The translations under genes were made by a program, and so were the position numbers. Positions 1 through 11,256 of a stretch of DNA of 64,000 nt are shown here, one piece after another (the first letter of the stretch is position 1; the number at the start of each line of letters is the position of its first letter). The notes beneath the pieces are model-generated. The model was not told the origin of the DNA and searched no databases. It saw only the letters and a list, made by a program, of their open reading frames with translations. The stretch spans positions 1-64,000 of the forward strand of contig JAPEUI010000045.1 of NCBI GenBank assembly GCA_026025075.1, in the 5' to 3' direction. This DNA comes from Vezdaea acicularis (taxonomy: Eukaryota).

Positions 1-62
1 TATTTACTTCATATGTACTCCAGCGGGCTGGTAGCTGTAGCAAGCAAGACGTACAACCAACG

Positions 63-110
63 ACTAATCTTCCCCACAGTCCCGGCCACACTCATGAATA
101 ATGCCGTCTA
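63..110 (+). other. Possible 3' splice site and last exon of a + strand gene that starts left of the window
   Basis: Branch-like ACTAAT followed by a pyrimidine tract and CAG ending at 79, then short frames ending TGA or TAA. The upstream part of the gene is not in the window. Confidence 0.3.
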
Positions 111-127
111 ATAGCTTCTGCCATGTA

Positions 128-153
128 CGAGTCGGTTGCAAAAAAGTCCCCCC
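128..153 (+). repeat. Left TIR CGAGTCGGTTGCAAAAAAGTCCCCCC
   Basis: Reverse complement of 1400-1425 (25/26 match); preceded by TA. Confidence 0.95.
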
Positions 154-295
154 CCTAGCGAAACGAGCAGATGAACAGCGATGCGAAAAGCGAGCGCAAT
201 CCACGACAAACAGCGGGAGAAGTCTTAAATTGATAGTGTAGATAGTATATAGCATAATGAAGACGGTTAAGATTAAAAAAATGAATGTGCACTGT

Positions 296-1357
296 CTAAT
301 AGCGTGTTTGAAACCCCTTATTCCTAATCACCTCTGCCACCCGTTGCGGCATCGTACGGATGTATTTGCGTATTAATTTGGGCCCAATTTCGCTCCAAAT
401 CTTTTGTATAGTCTCTTGAAGTTCTTTTTAAGACGTTGGGCAACGGCGCATGCGTCGCATACGCTGTTTTATCGCTCTCCAGATGTTCTCGATGGGGTTG
501 AGGTCGGGACTATAACGGGGGAATCTGATTGTACGGATTCCACGATCAGCCTTCCATTCCGCCAACTTTTGCGCTTCACCGGCGCCATGGATAGCAGCGT
601 TATCTTCCATATAGTATATCTCTTTATCAGCGGTAGCCAATCCGCGAAAAGACGGGGCTATAACAGCTTCCAAGATCTGTTGTTTGTAGTCCTCCTGAGT
701 GACGCCCCCTTTTTGCCCATGTCCAACCACAAATACCAAGTCGTGATATCCTATGATGCCGATAGCGCCCCATACCATTTGTCGATGAATTCCGCTCGTA
801 AAATGCCATTTAATACAATCATGACAGTATTTTTCGCCGGAAGTGCGCAAGACAAGATCGCGGCCGTTCTGCTGCGAGTGAAAGTAACACTCATCACTGA
901 ATGTTACTCGCTCCCAATCATCCGCCGTCCAGTCTTTATATCTGTCGGCCCATTCTAGTCGCTCTTTAATGGCGTCAGGGGTCAAAAATGGTTTTTCGCA
1001 GGCAACGCATTTGTGATAGTTGTGAGCGGCGCAAAATCGTCGAATCGTGTACACAGAACATGGTAGATCGAGTTCTTCAATTAATTTTTTGTATGATAGA
1101 GTCCTATTAGCATAGGACCCTCGAAAATGACGTTTAATACGTCGCCAGTGCTGTTCATTGAGCAGCGGCTTTTGACCGGAGCGCCCGCGATGCCGAACTT
1201 GCTGGGAAGGATTGTCACGCCATTCACGAATGGTCTTAGGTGTGGGGCCCTCTTCACGGGCAATTTTACGGATAGGAATTCCTCTGTCAAGGAGTGCATA
1301 TACACGATTCTTTTTGGGAGTTCCCCAAGGCTTAGGGGGTCGTGGCGGCGGCGGCAT
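296..1357 (-). pseudogene. Tc1-like DD37E transposase, 353 codons, with one premature TAA at 428-430
   Basis: N-terminal HTH-like region; motifs TFSDE, MEDNAAIH and PRYSPDLNPIENIW. After the TAA the same frame continues KELQETIQKIWSEIGPKLIRKYIRTMPQRVAEVIRNKGFQTRY*, a typical Tc1 C-terminus, ending at TAG 296-298. Confidence 0.92.
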
Positions 1358-1399
1358 TACGATAACTTGGATTCAGGGGCTTCTCGCGAAATTTTGAGA

Positions 1400-1425
1400 G
1401 GGGGGACTTTTATGCAACCGACTCG
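1400..1425 (-). repeat. Right TIR GGGGGGACTTTTATGCAACCGACTCG
   Basis: Inverted copy of 128-153; followed by TA. Confidence 0.95.
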
Positions 1426-1580
1426 TAGTGTCGTTCGGGCCTTGCTTTGCTGTTGCCTTTTAACGGCGACAAATTGAGTAGTCTCAAAAACTGTCAAGGA
1501 CATGACCCGTATACATGAAATGCTGCGTATAAGAGATTCACTCATTCCATGTAATGGAGAACATAAACAACCTTTTTGCA

Positions 1581-3602
1581 TTACAATTTCTGCTTCCCCA
1601 TCGTCTCGATCGGTAACAAGACCATCCCCACAAATGCTGCAAGGTACAAGCCCCCAGACACATATAGAGGCACAAGCGGGTTGGACCTCACGTTTGCTGC
1701 AATGACTGCAGATGACATTAACAAATTTCGCCTGGTGTTGCAAAGAGTGGGGTGGAGCATTGAAGACTTACTAGGTGCGCAAAGTCCTGAAATTCTGTTG
1801 AAGAATGAGGCGATACCAACTCCTGTCCCGCGATTCGGCGCTGGGAAGACCTCCGGTGTGCTATACAGTTTTAGCAACCCGATTTTGCCAACTAACGCGC
1901 AAATCTGAACAATTAGGACTTACTAGGCATATAGCACGCCATACATAACATTCTGGAAGAAGCTGACCATGCAAGTCATCCCCAACTGGAAATTACTCCC
2001 CTTACTGATTGTGAAAAGGAACAAGAAGATTCCAGTCAGGAGGGTGGCAATAGCCATCGTGCCTTTCCTTCCGATATATTTAACATCTACGGTCCAGTAT
2101 GCGATGATAGATCCAGGTACACCAATAATCGAATTTATGGCATAATTCCGATAGACTATGCGGGTTGGCGTCGGCTTATCAGCCGGACCGGAGAGGTATT
2201 GTGGAAGGAAGGCGTTAAAGAGCGGATAGCCAATGCCGATTGTCGTCCAGAGAAACCAGACAATGCAAGTTGTCCATGCCAGTTTCTTAGTCGCAAATAG
2301 AGGCCCAATGCGCTCGCCAGAGAACTTCGAAAATTGTCTGCGAATGATCTCCTTAGTGCTCAGCTTGGTATCTTCGACAACCTCCGGATCGCCTCCAACT
2401 TGGTTCAGGATATCCTCGGTAAGCCAGGTCTTTCTGTTATTTTTGTGAGCAATTCCCCAAACAACAGCGACAGCTTCACGCTGTTTTCCCTGGGACAAAA
2501 GGAATTTAGGTGATTCGAACAAGTGGATAAGAAGGAAGCGGCAGAGAAACATAAGAAAAGTCAAAGTCCCTATGGTATAAGTGAAATAACGCCATCCTTT
2601 ATCAGAAGGGTAATTGGGAATGAAACCCCAGGCAACTAGCGAAGACACGAGCTGTCCAACAGGCCACCATACGGAGAGTAGCGTGAGTAGACCGCCAGAC
2701 GCGAAGGGCAAGAATTCCAGGAACAAGGCGCCGTCGACTGGAAGGTTTCCACCAACACCGGTACCAAGTGCGGCGAATAAGCCACATACCGCGATCCAGC
2801 TGTTTGCGCCACCTACGGCAAGACCGAAAACACCTGCAATGAGAAGGCTCATGTTGAACGCTAGGCGGCGTCCTATGATATCCGATGCAATCCCCCAGAA
2901 CGATGCACCTATACAAAGACCTACAAAAAGGGCGCAAGTTGTATAGCGAACCTTATTCACGTCCAGGTCGAAAGTCTTTTGAAGAGAGGGAAGGGTCAAA
3001 GCAACACCCTTTTTGCAAGACTACGTAAGTTCGTGTACACTCCATACTTGACCCTGAGCAAGACGTACTTGAAGCCATAAGCTTTAAGTTTGGTTGGCAA
3101 GAGTATATAAAAGTTTTAGATCATGAGTGCCATACTTATCTGCCATCCAACCGAAACCGCAGAGTATAAATAATTTCCAATTGTACCTGCCCATCCCAAT
3201 GTCTTGGATTGCTCTGTTGATTATCTTTGATTTTCCTAAAAGAAATGTCAGGCTCAAGTCTAGGATAGGCAGAACAGCTCGGAATGCCCGCCATGGACAT
3301 GCATGTATAACGGAAGTCAAGAGACGCTACCTACTGTCGTAAACAGTGTCATGTCCAGAGGTAGCGACATCTTCTTCGATCTCAAAGCGGAGACCTTCAA
3401 TGGTATAGGGGCTATACGCTGCCTCTTCAGCAACATCTTCGGCAGACTTGTCCTTGTCCGATCCTGCAGTCGCTATGGAGAACCTTCTAATTTCAGCCTT
3501 CTGAAGGACAGAAGCGTGGCGATTTACTTCAGTCAAGGGAACCAGAACATGATCGTAGTTCACATTGTCGTTTTTCGCGAATGGGTTTGTGAAGAATCCC
3601 AT
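1581..3602 (-). CDS. MFS transporter (SV2/sugar-porter-like), 6 exons
   Basis: Exons 3602-3335, 3235-3136, 3081-3069 (13 nt), 3008-1924, 1860-1772, 1705-1581. Motifs DRKSKIINRAIQDIGMGRY, GWMADNLWLQ, SDIIGRR, GGNLPVD, ESPKFL, YTPEVFPAPNRGTG and multiple TM segments; all junctions GT-AG and in frame. Confidence 0.93.
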
Positions 3603-6600
3603 GGTGATCAACTATTAAGTTGGTCGCGCTGGGCAATTGATAGAGTTGCGTTGGACAATAGACACCGGATCGCAGGTCTAGCAAACCACACTCGCAGGCA
3701 AAGAACTGGCTGTCGCCAAGGTTTGTTGCTTTGGTATCTTTGTGCGTTCAAAAGGTGAGGGTCGTGCACGATAGCTGTAATGAGGGACGATCAAGTCGAT
3801 TTTCTGTATACCAAATTGTAGAATATCATCATCTATCAAAGTCCGGTGATCTACCTATCTTGCGCCTTAGATGTTGAGAAGAAGAAAATGGTGAAAGGCA
3901 ATGTAGCCTTGTCCCACGGGAAAAGCTCCATAATAAGGCCGACGAGCAGATCAGTGTGACTTGGTTGAGAATCTACTAGCGCGGGATTTTGGTACCGTGC
4001 CCTTCATGATATCGCTACTCCTTCCAGTTAGGGCAAAGCTTCTGCGTTGCACACATCTCTCTCCACGTATAGACGGGCGAGCTTGTGCTCCACATGCTGG
4101 GTTTTGTTCGGACTATCGCGCCTGAACACAAAAATTCGCGGCGACCCAAATATCAGGTCACATGTAGCAGCTGTTGCATGAGAGGTAGTACCAAATCGAG
4201 AGAGGTTGTGGAGTGAGGGGTGTGGAGATAGGGTTGCTGCGGGCGTGTGTCAATGGCGTTGTGGCCCCAGTAAAAGATCGTCGCGCCCCACCGTGGATTG
4301 GTCGGCCATCTAAGCGAAGAATCTCGGCATGCGCCTCTTACAAGCTGATAAGATGCACGTGGTGTCGTGGGCCATTGACGCGGATTGATTTGCCCGAAGG
4401 AGCCAATTAGTTTAGTTGCACATAGAGTTCGCTATGGAACATGTTGTCTTAGCTCATTGAAGAGAAACTCCTCCCGAAAAACAAAATTCATATCTAAAGC
4501 AATCTCATAGCTCAAAGAGTTACGAAGTAGCAACGCTTATGATGGTCCGTTGCTGCCTCCATCGTCTGCATCTACATTAGACGGCTTATCGAATTGTAAC
4601 GTTGCTCCAGTGTCCGTGCGTAATCTCAAGTTTGCTTTTGTTCCTATAGTGCCACAATAAGGAATTCGTATGACAGGGACAGCTTAGCTGGATAAGAATC
4701 ATCCAACAAGAGTAGTATTATCGTAGGCAATCAAAAGATGAATGGTGGAATAATGCAGTAATATGTGCGTCTGACAGCATTCAAATACCAGCCTCCACTT
4801 TTGTTATTACCTACTACGTTCCCGACCACTGGCAGCCTAGGCTGTTCACGCGTCAGCCAGGTTGAAGTCGTCCACCGTAGTCTTTGCCATGCACGACCTG
4901 TCCAGCTTTTTAGCCTTCTTGGGCAAATCGATTAGCCCCTCCCTGTCTATATAGGGATTCCGCCCTTTCAGCGCCGTTGTGTCCCTAGGCCGAGCCTCGG
5001 GAAGCAGTAGCACTGTCTCCAAGTGGAGCTGTTACGTCCTGAAGTCCGGCATCAGCAAATGGTTGATCGTCTACTTCAGATGAACCTTCATCATTATCAC
5101 ACATTATTCGTTCAACAAGAGAGCCAAATGTCACCCCTCATCTCAAAGGTCTTCAAATTCCAGCCTTGGTGCATGCTTCGGGGCGTCATTCGCATTGGAC
5201 CAGCACGGTTAGTGACAATTCTGCAGGGCCTCAGAAGCTTCGGCATGTACGTTGAAGACCACTCTGAAATGGGCAGCGGTGCCATATTTTTAGCTGCTTT
5301 GATTGGAATCTGCGCTTGTGAGAGACACAATAGGAAGATGATAGAAGCTAAGTCTACATACTTCTATACGAACACGTTGAAATTCGGGAAGACCTTATTG
5401 GTCAGTAGCTTGAATCAGATACTATAGGCGAAATCCGCGTTGCCGTTCTTCAAGCCCCCGAAATAATCCGAGGCACAAACTTTCTGCCTGTGACGGTAGT
5501 TTCTTCGGCAAAAGGGGAATCCGCAGGCATGGTCCTAGAGCATATAATGTCTCATTGGCCCAGCAGTACTCTCATTCATACTATGTTTTATCGTATAGAG
5601 TCTATCAAGTAAGGTTAACAAATTCAGCTAGCGCCCGCGCTCCTAATGGAACGGGTTGGTCCTGTGCCGATACAGGTGCGCGATATCGCGCGAAGAGGGC
5701 CGACGGGCGAGGAAGGGGCTCGTTTAAGCCTATGTCAGCAACCACCAATGGTTTATACTCCTGGCCGTTACATATTCGAAACAAGTAGAGCTACCCTAGG
5801 TCTCCTGAAGGGTTACTTCTTGGTTTGGGCGGCCAAATAAGCAGGCAAGGCCTTCTCGAGATGGTGGTCCGTCCGGTCGATAGCGCACAATTTCGTGCTC
5901 CGCGACAAAAAGCCTTCGAATGCAGAGCATGGCGATGAAAAAAACCTGTCATAGATCTAGTCCCAAGTGGATCAATTGAGTACAGGTCTTGCACTAGATC
6001 AATCTTACAAGCGTGCATCCTATAAGAAGCATCCCAAAATGAAAATAAGACTGGATGACATAAAACTTCCCAGGTATTGAAAGCTTCCAACCAAAACAAA
6101 AGCATCTTTGCAGAGATCAGATGCAACCACGAAACAGGAAATCTTGTGGAGTTGTGTCCTTGCACAGCTACTAGACGTCTGGTCTACTTAGAGCTTGGCC
6201 AGACCCTAGCCCATAGGCATTTCCCTTCCTGCCAAGGAAGGTGCGGCAGCGTGAGGTATTTCGTATAAGATATGAGTAAGTAGACATAATCTTGTCAGCG
6301 GGGAAAGGATTGGAAAAATGAGCAAGGTAGATGAACTACCCAAACATTCAGTTTCGATCTCTCGTGATCATCATGTGTGGTCCGAAGAGACTCTTCAGGG
6401 AATGATGCTAACAGAGTCTCATCGCGTGGTGAGCTCTACTCTATTGCAAAGTTAAAACTAGGTTGGTTGAACATGTTAGTCAATGGAACCATGCAGTAGT
6501 GTGTATTTCCCTTACTTAGTAATAGCTTTCCAATATCTGCCTAGGTCCAAAGTAATTAACAAGGCCAAACTATTAGTTGTTGTGGCATTTACCGCTGTAG

Positions 6601-6715
6601 GGAGCTTTGTTCGCAGTCCCAGGCATCCAGTAACAGTGAACAAGCAGGGAGACAGCAAGTTTATCCAATCTTCTGTAGATATTCTAGCGGCAACCAGCAT
6701 TCCACGAAGAGGACA

Positions 6716-7814
6716 TCATGCATCAGATGCCAACGCTTGTTGCACCAACTCATTATGCGATCTCATGGCCTCCTTTGCATACCCCTCTATATCATGGTCC
6801 ATGTCAGGCTTGCTAGGATGGTCCTGCCCGTCGAAGATCTCCATAGAGAACCATCCCCTAAAACCGGTCTTCAATACCGCCTTCGTGACCTCCACAATAG
6901 GTAGGTACCCGCCATGAAAGGGCATGGGCCGATAATCATGGCTCCATCTGCCGCGCGGTCTTAGCCCCTGTTCGTCGACATCAGGACTCATTGGTGGCGT
7001 GACTCTATATGCGTCCGAGATCTGGAAGAAGTAGATCTTATCCTTAGGAATGATAGAGCTAAGTTCTTCTAAGCTCCGCTTGAACTTCACGTTGAGCTCG
7101 ACTTCGGGCAACCTCTCTATCCGCCCGGACTTCGTGGTTGGATCCCCCCATTCGCCGCCGGCAATCTGAAACGTATCAAGGCAGAGTCCTACATTTTCAC
7201 GGTCCACCTTCTGGACGATTTCCCACACTGTGCGCCACGTCGGCGCATGTGTAGCCCAACACCAAGGCTCGTAGGCTAGGCGGAAGTTTTGCGCAGCAAG
7301 CATGTCAGCAAGCCGGCGGAGATCAGAGGCAAGGTAATCCTTCGAAGGCGAGATGTTTGGAGAGTCGGAAGAGCCGACCTAAGAATAAAAGTAAACCCCC
7401 TGGTAAGCCTATACCCTTAGCATAAAGGGGTCATGGAACTCTACCTACCTGTAGCATATCCGTGCCCACAGCTTTCATGACATTAATCCAGCCAACAGCG
7501 CGCACAAACGCGTCATCCCTCTCCTTACTCCCCTCAGGCCATCCCTCAAAGTTACTAAATGGCTGCAACACCAGAATCTTGAGTCCCAACGCCCCACAGA
7601 GCTTCTTCACCTCCTCGCCCGCCTTACACAGGTCACCATAATCCTTCTCCGTGGCATCCTTGTTCACGACTTGTTTTGTGAATGAGACGAGGTCAGGGAA
7701 TGAGAGTTCAATTGCGTTGTAGCCGGCAGCAGCGATGGCTTTGAGCTTTACGGGGAGTGTGTGCGTGGGATTAGAGCCTATAGAGCAGCTGGCGTAGCAC
7801 GTTGGGATTGGCAT
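6716..7814 (-). CDS. 3-dehydroshikimate dehydratase-like protein (xylose isomerase-like TIM barrel), 2 exons
   Basis: Exons 7814-7449 and 7378-6716. Motifs ASCSIG..HTL..KL.AIA.AG, LQPFSNFEGW, LAYEPWCWATH, VGLCLDTF, FQISDA, WFSMEIF. Confidence 0.88.
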
Positions 7815-8642
7815 GGTCTCAAGCGAAGCAGTGAAGGAGATCGTAGCATTTGACTTACGATCGAACCCAGAATAGTCGTCTGAAATCTATGAAATGCCCC
7901 AAGAATTCGCACTGCTTTCCTTGACATTGCGTACCAGAATAGATACGTCATATCCTACTTCTGTAATGGTGACGTCCTAGGTAATCAAAGAGATTCGGTT
8001 ACTTCAAACAGTGGGTGGGCTGGCGCAAGATCACAGAATCCAACGATATCTAGAATTTCACATGTAAACGGATCTGTATTCTCTCTGGGAAGATTTCAGG
8101 GGTCTCATTCGCGGACTAGACCTAACGCATATACCCTATATCGAAATTGTAATGTAATTCGACTAAAGAAGAAATTGTCCATAGAGTATAACGCCATGAC
8201 TCCGATCACCCCAAGCCCTAACGTAGAGATCTCCACCAAATGCCTCCATAGGGGGGCACCGTGTTCAAGACGGTAGCAGTATTAAGGGGCAGTAAGGATG
8301 GAGTAGTGCATCGATAGCAAGCTCAAGGCCACAAGCAAAGAACGAACTAAGGAGCAACGCAAGACATTAGGAAGATCAGGACTAAACTTTTAACACCGAA
8401 TTGCTCCGTCACCTAGCCAACTCAATCTGCAGCAATCTGCGGAGTTCGACTCATCTGATATCCTGGGCTCGGCCCGAACGGCTCGTAGTAGGAGGGTGAA
8501 AGAAAATGCCGCCGACAAGGAAATCTCATGGAGGGGATATATTCAGATGACAAACGCGTCCAAGAGGAAGATCGGTGTTCAAAACGCCATTGACATCGAC
8601 TCTGGGTCGTAAATGGAAATCAAGACTTCATGTACAGGTCGT

Positions 8643-11256
8643 TTAAACATCTCCGGCTCCCGCTTCGACGGTGTCGTTAGAATAGGTCAGGTCGTTCCCA
8701 AAAAACTCCCCACCAGGTTCTCCATCCTGGTGCAAGAATGAATCAAAATCGAATCCGTCGAGGCCTAGGCCGTCATGGATGTTATCAAAATTGGGGTTCT
8801 ACTATTATCAGTATAATTCTTTCGCAGAACAGTCACTAATACTCACATCGTCTGGCATGAAGTTATCAGTCGGGAATGCATTCGAGTTCTGGGAAGTGGT
8901 AGCGAGCTGTGTCGGGGCACTTGACGCTGTTTGCTGGTTGCCACTTGGTTGGTTAGCCCCTCCCTGAGCCTTCGGGCCGTTGTTGAAAGATTCCCGGTGC
9001 ATAGGTGTGATCGGAGTCGAAGGTGTAGGTGTGGGGGGTGGATCAGCCTCTGACGAGGGCGTCGCTCCGGCCGTAGGATTAGTTGTTGAGGCCTTCTTCC
9101 TAGGTGGCTAAGGCTATATTAGAATTGACATTCCGCTTCCGAGCTTGTCAAAGCTTACCTTGCGTTCTTTGGGGTCTTTCTTCCCACCCTTTGGGTTAGC
9201 CTTATTGGTCTGCTGCGGCGTTGGAGGAGCGGCTGGCTGCTGCGGTGACGATGGTTGCGTCTTTATATTTCCGCCCGTCACCCCTCCTGGCGGTGCTTGA
9301 GGTGGTGGCATCGCCGCACTGGTACGTTGTGGTGTACCCATCTGCTGAGGTTGCTGCCCTCCCTGAGAACCCTGCTGCAACATGGCCGGTGCTTGCTGAC
9401 CATTGGCCCAATTTTGCCCTACGCGAGCTGCTTGGCTTCGGTTCATCAATTCCATTTGGGGCTGCGTCAAGCTCTGAGAGAACCCTCCCGGGTGAGAGCT
9501 TGGAGGTCGCATGCCAGTCGGAAGTATTCCCGTGTTCTGAAGACCTGAAAACATCTCTGGGGGCATTTGACCTGGATTGAAATTCATAACAGCAGTAGGG
9601 GAATCCCGCGTTTGGGGGATTGATCCATCTGTGAGGGGTGAGCCTCCAGGTAGCTGTCCCATCTTTGGCGGCGTTCCACGCTTCATCTGCTCGGACGGAT
9701 TCGGTGATGGTCCTGATCGACTTCCTTGCGGTGACATGCCAGCGAAGCCAGCTTGACCCGGTCCTCCTCCAGGCCCTTGATCAGGCCGATTCATGGTCTC
9801 CTGCTCTGCCCTCGCAATCAGGAGGCGCTTCCTGTTCTGTTGTTCAAGTAGCATGAGCTGCATCTGATAATCCTGAAGAGCGTGATTACCATGGTTTGGA
9901 GGCTGGCCTTGCATGCGCATTGCAGCCTGGCCTTGCAAGAAGCCGTCACCCATCGCAGGTATTTGCCCGTCTGGCCCAGGCGGCATCATGGGTGAGTTTC
10001 GATTGGGCATCGCCCCGTTCTTGCGCATCGCTACTCCGTGATGAGCAGCTAGATTATCATTGTAAACCTGGATAGATTTAGTCTGAACGTGGGGATGCTG
10101 CTGCTGGAAAGTGTTGAACTGGTTCGCGTTCAGCTGATCTGGTCTGATGCCATTCTCGAACAGCATGTTTTGTGCGGCACGAGCAGCCATTTGATTTGAA
10201 CTGTTGCCCACCTGCTGGCCCGTCATGGGGTTTTGCCCCATTCCATTGGGTCTCATTCCCTCCCCACTAAATTGGTTGCCATCTAGTCGTGGTCGTTTGG
10301 ACGGAGACGGTGCATTGTCATTTGATGAAGGAGATTGCGCTCTCGGTTGGCCATTGATATCCATATCGGAGCCGTCTCTTCGCATCGCCTGCTGTTGAAG
10401 TAACTGTTGTTGCTGCATTTTTTGATTCATCATCTGCATCTGTTGTTGAGGTGTCCTACACAATAGAGAAGATGTCAGCCCAAGTTTCGTGTAAGTTTAT
10501 AATCATGGAAGTTGAGTGGAAACCCTTGGTGTTCGACATACGCATTTCGACTGTTCGCCACTGCTTTGCGTTGCAAGTCACCGGGCATCATCCCGTTTTG
10601 CTGCTGCAGGCCACGCATCATGGATTGATAATTCATCACCGTCGGATTCATTCCACGAAGCATCTGGTTTTGCTGTTCTGCCCTTATTCGTTGCTGATTC
10701 TAAGAGTCGAATTGTTAGCTATTGTATCATCCTCGTTCGCGCTAAGTGGTACCTGAGTATGTTGAACGTAGGCATATGTATCCCCTCCCTTGTTTTTGTT
10801 GCGCTGAGCGCCAAACATATCCCAGAAAAGAGACCACCAGTCATGAAGGAAGGCATTGGGACAGTCAGTAGGCAACATTGGAGGCGGGAGATCGTCCGGC
10901 CGCTTAGAATCCATCTCCTCCTTTACGTCAGTGTCCATTGAATTATCATCAATGCCATTTACAAGGTTCCCATCCGCGTCTCGGCGCCTGCCTGGGCTAG
11001 TCTTATGCTTTGCTTGCGTACCGACATTTGCATTGCTTTGAAGTAAAACTCGAGCACAGTCGAACATGTCGTTCCTAATGAAATAATCATAGATATAGGT
11101 GTTGAGCAGACCAGTCATGCTAGTTTCCTGAGGTACACTGACACTGATGGTTCGTGGCTGGTTTGGATTTCCGTTATTCATCATAGGCATACCACCGCCA
11201 ACCGGGCCGCCCACGGGATTGACCCCAGCCATATTCATGTTACCGATGTTATTCAT
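8643..11256 (-). CDS. SOM1: Flo8/Som1 (SomA)-type LisH/LUFS transcriptional regulator, 5 exons
   Basis: Exons 11256-10753, 10699-10542, 10455-9159, 9107-8847, 8798-8643. LisH LNTYIYDYF; FLHDWWSLFWDMF; NHALQDYQMQLMLLEQQNRKRL; NLS-like PSPSKRPRLD; C-terminal FDFDSFL. Confidence 0.93.

Larger units (their letters stand above)
128..1425 (-). mobile_element. Tc1/mariner DNA transposon, full length (1298 bp), impala-sized
   Basis: 26-bp terminal inverted repeats at 128-153 and 1400-1425 with 1 mismatch; TA on both flanks (126-127, 1426-1427); internal DDE transposase. Confidence 0.96.

Noticed and set aside
404..958. 184-aa + strand ORF
   Set aside because: Antisense shadow of the transposase.
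1706..1771. MFS last intron reads through in frame (ORF 1581-1877)
   Set aside because: Canonical GTAAGT...CAG intron; retention would insert 22 residues into the C-terminal TM region, with nothing suggesting function.
4800..6270. Several 60-134 aa ORFs in the gap between the MFS and dehydratase genes
   Set aside because: No recognisable motifs or consistent exon chain; not supportable as genes.
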